Below are positions 56,343-64,000 of a DNA stretch of 64,000 nt, one piece after another (within the stretch, counting starts at the first letter, position 1; each line of letters starts with the position of its first letter). The stretch is taken from assembly GCA_025786725.1 (NCBI GenBank), contig JAHLTZ010000009.1, positions 372,001 to 436,000 of the forward strand. The letters are read 5' to 3'. Source of the stretch: Syncephalis fuscata S228. Its lineage: Eukaryota; Fungi; Zoopagomycota. The translations under genes and the position numbers were made by a program. The notes beneath the pieces were generated by a model that saw nothing but the letters and a program-made list of their open reading frames with translations, was not told where the DNA came from and did no database searches.

Positions 56343-58731
56343 TTATTTTTCTAAACGGGAAAGCAAGCGATCGAGTTTATCCTCAAGTTGTTGGCAGTGT
56401 GCTTGAAGTGCATGCATTTGGCCAGTAAGTTGAGTGAGCTGTTCGCACGCATTATCTGCCTCTTCTACATCCTGCAGTGCAGTTTCAGCTACAGTGTCAA
56501 CAAATCGACTAGATGGCAATCGACCGGCTGTCTCATCTGTAGCAACGATCCAATCGTCGTATCCGGAACCCCCAACACCGCCGCCATACACTGAGCCACC
56601 AAATGCCGTCCAACGACGACGCCATACCCGCTCATACATGTAGATGGTCAAAAGAATGGGACAGAATAAAACACGTAGCAAAAATCGATTGGTACGTGCA
56701 TAGTAACGTGGTGATAATATAAACTCCACAGCAATAGCGGCATATGTAATAGATTAAACGGTGGAATAAATGGAAAGAGTGCTTCAGATTTGACGTGTTC
56801 TAGAACACGCACGGTATATCGAAATCGATATTCAATATCTGACCATGGTGAAGACTCGGCGTAGGCATGTACAGATACGGCGAAAAGTATGGATAGACAA
56901 GAGCCAACACAAATGAATAAATAACAAAGCATAAGCCAGCTGCCAAACTGAGGATGATAAATGGCGGCATTGGCAAATCCAAGTTCTGGTGAACCGGTAG
57001 CTGCTCGTAAAAGTGTCCATATAATATCCTGCGGCAAAGCATTGCCATTCGATAGTGCGTAAAAAGCGTGGGTAAATCCAATTAAAATAAATGGCACTGG
57101 CGTTGCTGCAACTAAAACACGTCTAAATAGACGGCGTAAAATGGCAACGCGCCGCCCAGCCCAGCGATATCGATCCAGAACCGCCAGTAATCTGGGCCAA
57201 AGTAGGACGGCATTGCATGCTAAAAGCGTATAGCTGATTGCCGACCATTGTGTTTGTGAATAGAGTAAAACACGAGCACGTATTCCAGCAAATACAAGTA
57301 GATTCAGATGAGTAAGCGTATCAATAGGATTCCATAGATGCTGCACGTAAAAGCGCGGCCCACTCTTGTAGACTTGAATCAATTCATCGAAAATAAAACC
57401 AGCTGCTAATACACCCATGATTGCTTCGTAGACCGTAAAGGTGGGGCTATTCTCGAATAGTACACGTGCATAGATATATATAAATATAAGATATATACAT
57501 ATATGCATTAAATGTTGGTAGCGCGGTACACGTAAGCGAGACACCCGAAATACTTCACGTAGTCCTTGAGGACGACTACGACGCACATTAACGGCTGTTC
57601 GTGCACGGGCAATCGATGCGTAGTTGCCTGTGCCAGGAATTGCATTATCATCGTCAATAAGATTGGCATAAAAGACGACATCACCGCGCCAAATACGATC
57701 CACAATGCGTTGAACAGCTGGACTAGCACAGAATCGTCGTGCATCGCATTTAATTGCTATTTCAAGAGCTGAGGCGTGATTCTCGTCGTCATGTCTTTCG
57801 ATATCACATGAGGTACTACTATGATCAAGCGATTCATTCATATGACCGTAGTCATAGAGACGTTCTTCGTTAAGTTCCGACCGTTTATAGGCTGACGTAT
57901 CATTCGCACGTGAATAATCTGGCGTATTTGGTACAGATCTTGATACAGTTGTCGATTCCGAACTTGATATTGGCCGTTTTTCGCTTGATACTTGGATATT
58001 CGGCGTTCCAGATTGATAAATTATCTGAAATGAATTATCAGTATTACCGGGTGTCACTTCACTCCAATTAGCAGCTGGATTTACTGTCACAGTCGGATAT
58101 CGTTGTTCCACCGCTCCATAAAAACTACTATGACGACGTAGCTGTGGTGGTGGTGATACCGCTGCATTGGTCGATAAAGAACCTGGATTGTTAAGCAGCG
58201 GTGCGTGTATACCAAGGCCATTGCCGACATTACTGCCACCATTAGCACCACTTACTGGTCTTGATAACGATCTGTTATGCCGAATACCTGTATTCTGTCG
58301 ACGAGTTCCCTGACGTGGCGAAAAATCAAAGGTTAAAACGTCACGAGATCAGTTAGACTGCGTCGATGTGCATCGACTGCTACTTTGGCTAGCCATTCAC
58401 ACAGATCAGCACGCATACTTAATACACCGGCCGAGGCAGGGTCACGCGCCGCTTCACGCTGATAGTTAAGACGGTTAATGAGACAAGCGTAGGCAAGCGC
58501 TTTGTTGCGCAGATCGCTGCGTAATGCACGTAGTGCTGGACGTAGTAGCGTCCGTTGGCCATCAGGACCATATAAAGTTTGGTCACTATCCGCGCCCGCT
58601 GCCGTCGTTGCTGACGCCGTTGTTATCCGTTCCGTGTGGACGACATGCGAGACTATAGAGCGCACTCGCTGTATAAGTGGAGGAATCGGGATGGCAGCCA
58701 GATCAGCATCAAGTAGCCAGCCAGTTGCCAT
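56343..58731 (-). CDS. YVC1: Yvc1/TRPY1-like TRP cation channel (two apparent 1-bp deletions, ~58343 and ~56730)
   Basis: SALEIAI, SPAVQRIVDRIWRG, RLRVPRYQ, LLWPRL, FPFIPPFNLL; the three ORF pieces join if a single base is restored at each break. Confidence 0.8.
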
Positions 58732-59433
58732 AATTTACAAATACTCTATATATCCAAATACAAAATAGATCGTCTAAACACACAAAAATACCAACTTTTA
58801 ATATCAACACTGAAAGTATAAGTAGCTAGACTGATGAAGAATAAGCGTAATTGTTTTACTCAATTTAAAGATGACTAGAAACAAAATACAAAGGATAATG
58901 GAAGACGTCACATTGGTGAATGTAAGAGTTTTTTCTTTTATCGTCAGTTGTATTCAAATTCCGTGCACGCAAATATGTGATCACATTATCGCTAGTTGAG
59001 ATGAATAGATAATGTAGCCAAACATTATTTAAATAAAGCAATATTGGTTGAATTAAATACAATTTATTTGCATATCTAAACTATTTATTTAAGAAAAGAA
59101 GGCTAAAGCCGCGTCTTTAACGGTGATTAAATTGGTCTGAGATGGCCTAACAAACTCAGTTGACCGGCCATTTCCACTCCAGATTGATTAGGCAATAACA
59201 AAAGGATTTTTGTAAATAAAATATTCCTATAGATATGATAAAGTAGCATATGGCTTATAATACACAAAAGCCATAATCAATATTTAATTATTATGTATTT
59301 ATTTATTTATTACGTCTACTTTTACGTACAGATATTGGATACATTACATTAATTAATCTATATAATCACGTGTAAAATCTAGTGTAAACAGTTTTTATTT
59401 GTGTTATTGGCCATTTAATAAACTAATTTGTAA

Positions 59434-60635
59434 CTAATAAAAAATCATTAGTGCCAATAGTCCGGCTAAATAAGCAATAACGCGAGCGGTAGACGAGGAA
59501 AGTGCTGAACTATCATTGCTTTCCACGCTAGAAATGATAGCTTGACCATTTTCATCCATACTGTAAATGTTGGCACAAGTCATCATAGTCCGATTTGGCC
59601 AGTGTAAAGCAACGGATCGTCCTAAAACACCGGGTGCACCGATAATCGTTAATGTTGGATCATACCAACGTACAGGCAATGCGGCGCCTTCTAGACTAGC
59701 AGGATCAGCACGTATTAAACCCCATTTACCTAAATACAGTAATGAGTATATTAATAAATAATTTACCATTTCTACCTACCACTAAGATTACCCGATTCAC
59801 ATTTCCGTATGGGTGCATTTAAGCGGCACTGGCAATTATCTTCGTGTTTATCGTCAAACATTGGCGCTGAACTTGCATAACAGCCGGTTGCATCGACTTT
59901 TTCGTAATTAAGATGGGCACCTGTACTACCGCAATCACCGTCATCAGCAATAGGATTTTCATGCACATGAATTGCATAGCCATCGTCGGCTTTTTGTTCA
60001 CGAAGTCCCGAGTTAATGTCGACATCAATCATAAGCCCAAATAGAAAATTATCAGCAGAGCTGATTTGCGTTGTGTTTAGTGCATTTGATGAATTGCGGG
60101 CATTGGATGGTATTTCATTAGATATGGGTGAAAATTTGTTCTGCACGCGAATCTTATCGGGATGTAAAACAATACCAGCCATATTTATCATTCGAAATGT
60201 TACTACCGCTTCAATACCATCTTTTCTAATAACAGCAATAGCTGCTGTAGGTATTGAGTTGTCTGGATTGCTTGATTTACTAGGCATTGGTGTTGTAGCT
60301 GTTGGTGTTGGTGTTTTTGAGCTTTTTGGTAGGCTGGGGCTCGTTGTTGGCATAGACGGCCTAGAAACAGTGACATCATCTGGCTGAACCAATTGCCGAG
60401 GTAACAAGTAATTATGCTGTTGCTGTTGGCCACTAAAACGACTACTAATAATCATAGGTGGTGCGGCGGCATGGCTATAAGGCAATAATGCAAGCAAGCT
60501 CAATAGGCCCAATAGTATGTACAAGGAAGTAACGCCAAATAAACATCGAATATAACGGGAAAAGCAATGATAGTAAGAAAGGGAACCGTGTCCAGCACAG
60601 CTCATAGTGGTAGGCCGACAATATAGAAGTAACAT
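59434..60635 (-). CDS. Extracellular Cu-only superoxide dismutase (Sod5-like), probable GPI anchor
   Basis: HVHENP, CGSTGAHLN, CESGNLSG|KWG, GRSVALH, TCANI; intron 59730-59779; hydrophobic N-terminal segment; Ser-rich then hydrophobic C-terminus. Confidence 0.85.
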
Positions 60636-61671
60636 GTCGACTAGCGACGAGTAAAGGCGAAAGTAAAGAAGAAAGGTTACGTTTCAAGAGAGCCGCGTGT
60701 ATGTCTCAGTTAAGATGTTTCGTATTGCCTGCATCCGCACGCATGCACACACACACACACACACACACAATTGGAGAATAGAATTGTGGATATGCAAACG
60801 GCTGCAGTTTATGATACTTTTTGTTAAACAAATGCTTGTTAGTTCAAAAATGCTGAAATGTCAAAATGCTAACTTGACTAATATCAAGATTGAAGTTACT
60901 ACAATTTTAGGTAGCAATATTTACAATGCTGTTTTATACACTAGAATGCTCAAACCAATATGCTTAAAGCTACAATAAAGAAAGGCTTGCGAGTTGGTTA
61001 AGATGTAGAAACGCAAAGGCTATAGTTTATTTATTAAATATTGATAAAGTTGAATAGAATAAATTGATCATTCATGTGACTGTGTTGATAGAAATGTCCA
61101 AAGGCGTTAATTTTTAGTCCGCATGGCAGGCACAACTTGCAATAATGAAAGCAGGTTTGACCATGCTATACATTCTTGCGTTTCTATTTTTTTGCGCCTG
61201 TCTCCGCCATTATTCTTTCATGCAAGTTTGTTCTTTATTCTTTTTATTGCATAGTTAGTTGAAACATCCAACTAACGATTTATTTGTTTGCATACTGTTT
61301 TATACATACTGTTTTACACCAGTTTCTATTAGCCGACAAGACAGAAAGCGAGAAAATAGTTTTATTTTCTTATTATCAGCACCAGTCATAGTGCGATATC
61401 TATCCATACACTGGGTTGTCTATAGCCATTGACCTTGTGTAAATATATGTGTATGTGTATATTACTAGTGACAGGCCAATTGTGACTATCCAACATAGCA
61501 TCCAATAGGCAAATTTATATTAATGGTGATACGTTGTTTGTCTCTATAGCAGCTATTCAACACCATAGCATTATTTGATTATTGTTTTATCCACACCAAT
61601 TCAATTTCAATTGTATATTTGCTGCACTTTGCTGGTCAAAGTCTTTATTTCACCTACCAACGTTGACTGCC

Positions 61672-63610
61672 ATGATGGCGCACAATTTGCTATTATATGC
61701 CTGTACCATTATGGGTATGGCAAGTAAAATTACATTTGTATCAGCCGAAGCAACGGCTCACCGTAAACCATTTGTTGTTGGCGATGGATATCGGTCTATT
61801 CTCGACCCGCGAGACCCAACTACTGTGGATCTACCGGAATTTCTACCAGGTGCAACGACAGTAGGCATTAGCGGAGAATGGGCTATTATTTGCAATCTAT
61901 CAATTCTTATCTATACCATACTATTTTACGTCTTTTGCTGCAATTTATGGCAAGCAGTGGGCGCCGCAGGTGATGCCTGGGGTGCACGTGTTTGGCAACG
62001 ACGTGCTATGGCCACACTATCTATGTTGCAGGCCGTGCTTGGTTTTGGCGTAATGCTATGGATTGTAGCCGGATTTTTCCGTTTAACACGAAATCGCATT
62101 GCGGATGGATTTATTGTTATACTTGGACAACAAATCTCGACGTCTATTATCAGCACTATGCTTCTTATCAAAGCATATCATGTTAATAACCAAAGTCGGC
62201 TTATTGTCGGTATTGGCACTGTTTTAATTATTATCAATTTTGTCTTGACCTGTGTAAAGTGCTCAACTATCCCTTTGCCCACCATGCGATGGGGCTATTA
62301 CGCGGTCGAGTTGGCTAAATATCTCAGTAGCGGCCTTGCTATTATTAATGAGCTGGTGCTCAATTTATTTGTTAGCATGTGCTTCCTAGTGGTTGTTTAT
62401 CGTCATCGACGCAAAGTTAAACTTCCATTATATACAATACTATTGCGCGATGGCATCATATTCGCGCTTGTTTGTACCATCACCAATGTTTTGGTCGCGA
62501 CTCTTTTTCTGACCCACGCTATACATAGTAACATTCTATGCATATTATACCAAATTAGTTGTAAGTAATTCTAAATTGATAATATTAATTTATAAGCTTT
62601 GTATAACTCAACTATGGCATTTTAATAGGGGCATTTCAGTCATGGCTTGTGATACAGCAGCTAGAATCGGCACGTCGTAATAAAAGCACGGCAACATCAA
62701 TCCATCCAGTTACAGGAGCTTCACGCTCGACAGCTTCTTCCCACTATACTGGCGCTACTGTTATTCAGTATCCACGAAAAAAGACCAACCGCTATTCGCG
62801 AAATGCAATAAATAAAGAGTTCCCTGGTGTGCTCGCGCCAGCCAATGGCATTATTAGCAGAGATACACGTACGCGACAAACATCTGCGACAAATACCAAT
62901 AGTAATAGTACTTATACAGCCGTTAGTCAAAACTCGCAACTAGATAGCAATTATAATCAAACGTGTCAAAGTCCTATCGGTACTTATTTGCCTCCTGGCG
63001 TGCATGGAATGGCAACGCCCCAACATCATGCGAAAGCACCCGCTCGACCATCTCTTCGTTCGCCATTATTTGCAAACGAGGGGGCACGTCGAGATCGAAC
63101 AGTCTCGTTTGCCGGCGACGATGATCCCGCTAATGCATCGCTGCGTTACTCGCATGGCACGGCAGAAAGCATAATTCAAACAGAACCATCGGCCATAGTT
63201 TTGGACACTGATGAGATGCAACCAAATATTTATGACAGAAAATCTCAATGGATGTCGATCGTACACAAACGAACGAATCCATAGAGTCTATACAAGTGAA
63301 TACGTCGGAAAAAAATCGCTCGCTTACTCCTTCACTAATTATTTGTGACATGTCCGAAATGGACAACGCAAAGCATACCACAGACGGCATGGTGATAAGA
63401 CAGCCATTAGGCTTTAGTGGGCAGACAATTAGCGGCAGTAGCACGACAGTGGTTAGCTCTAATCCAAATTACCATAGCAATAATAATACTATGGACTCGA
63501 CCGTTAGTCAACAGTCATCAAATACATCGCACCTGACAAGCATGATTGTCGATGAGATTGCCGATTGCTATCAAACGATACCATCTACCTCAAAATCCCA
63601 CTTATTTTAG
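61672..63610 (+). CDS. Divergent 7TM GPCR-like protein with signal peptide and long Ser/Thr-rich cytoplasmic tail (1-bp deletion at ~63240)
   Basis: LLIKAY, NLFVSMCF and LLRDGI match the array motifs; intron 62561-62628 lies in the TM7 Trp codon; tail ORFs 62649-63284 and 63248-63610 join with +1 A. Confidence 0.7.
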
Positions 63611-64000
63611 CATAGCATTCCATAAATAAGCAGCAAATACTATGCGGCCGGACCGTAATTCAGTTGATACCAGCATTCTCTTTAGTTTCAGTAAAATAAA
63701 ACGCTAGCATTTATTCTTTTATTATATTCATTACTTTACTAACTGCATGTTCTATTCTTGTATTATTTATTTTTGTAAATGACTCATGTCAGTAAGCATT
63801 GTTTTGGCACATAATTACAACAATCAAAAGCTAATATATTTATCTATAAAAGTTTTGTACACAATCAAATTGATGATTTAAAAGTGTAATTATGACATGG
63901 ATGATAATACATATTCATCAATAATTTAAAGAAAAAAATTATATATTCCAGAAACGCCTTTCTTAGCTATCAAGGTTCACTATAGTATGTTTGGATCAAT

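Noticed and set aside
56720-58350. Programmed ribosomal frameshifting in the TRP channel
   Set aside because: No slippery heptamer or stimulatory structure seen; matches the window-wide 1-bp deletion pattern.

Overview
AT-rich, intron-rich fungal genomic DNA (introns mostly 45-70 bp). Gene content and a retained minor-spliceosome intron suggest an early-diverging fungus, plausibly a Zoopagomycota mycoparasite such as Syncephalis (inference only). Housekeeping genes include TOM22, CCDC97-like, SAD1/USP39, RNR2, an animal-type 4E-BP, an HMG-box protein, mitochondrial LysRS, MVD1, PTM1/TMEM87, RPS17 and a YVC1-like TRP channel. They are interleaved with an expanded family of 14 paralogous ~320-aa seven-transmembrane GPCR-like genes in two tandem sub-clusters (17.5-30.2 kb and 43.2-50.1 kb), plus one divergent relative at 61.7 kb. 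The receptors share a TM3/ECL2 cysteine pair, a conserved cytoplasmic face, one intron at an identical position and, in most copies, a C-terminal S-x-F/Y tail. Most also carry an AACCGGTT palindrome (Grainyhead/CP2-type site) 140-200 bp upstream of the ATG, which suggests a co-regulated chemoreceptor array undergoing birth-and-death evolution. Features not evident from the ORF track: a U12-type AT-AC intron in PTM1, three GC-AG introns, a signal-peptide-bearing protein kinase and its decayed paralog, and two inverted ~790-bp MITE-like copies. Several single-base deletions probably reflect assembly indel errors.
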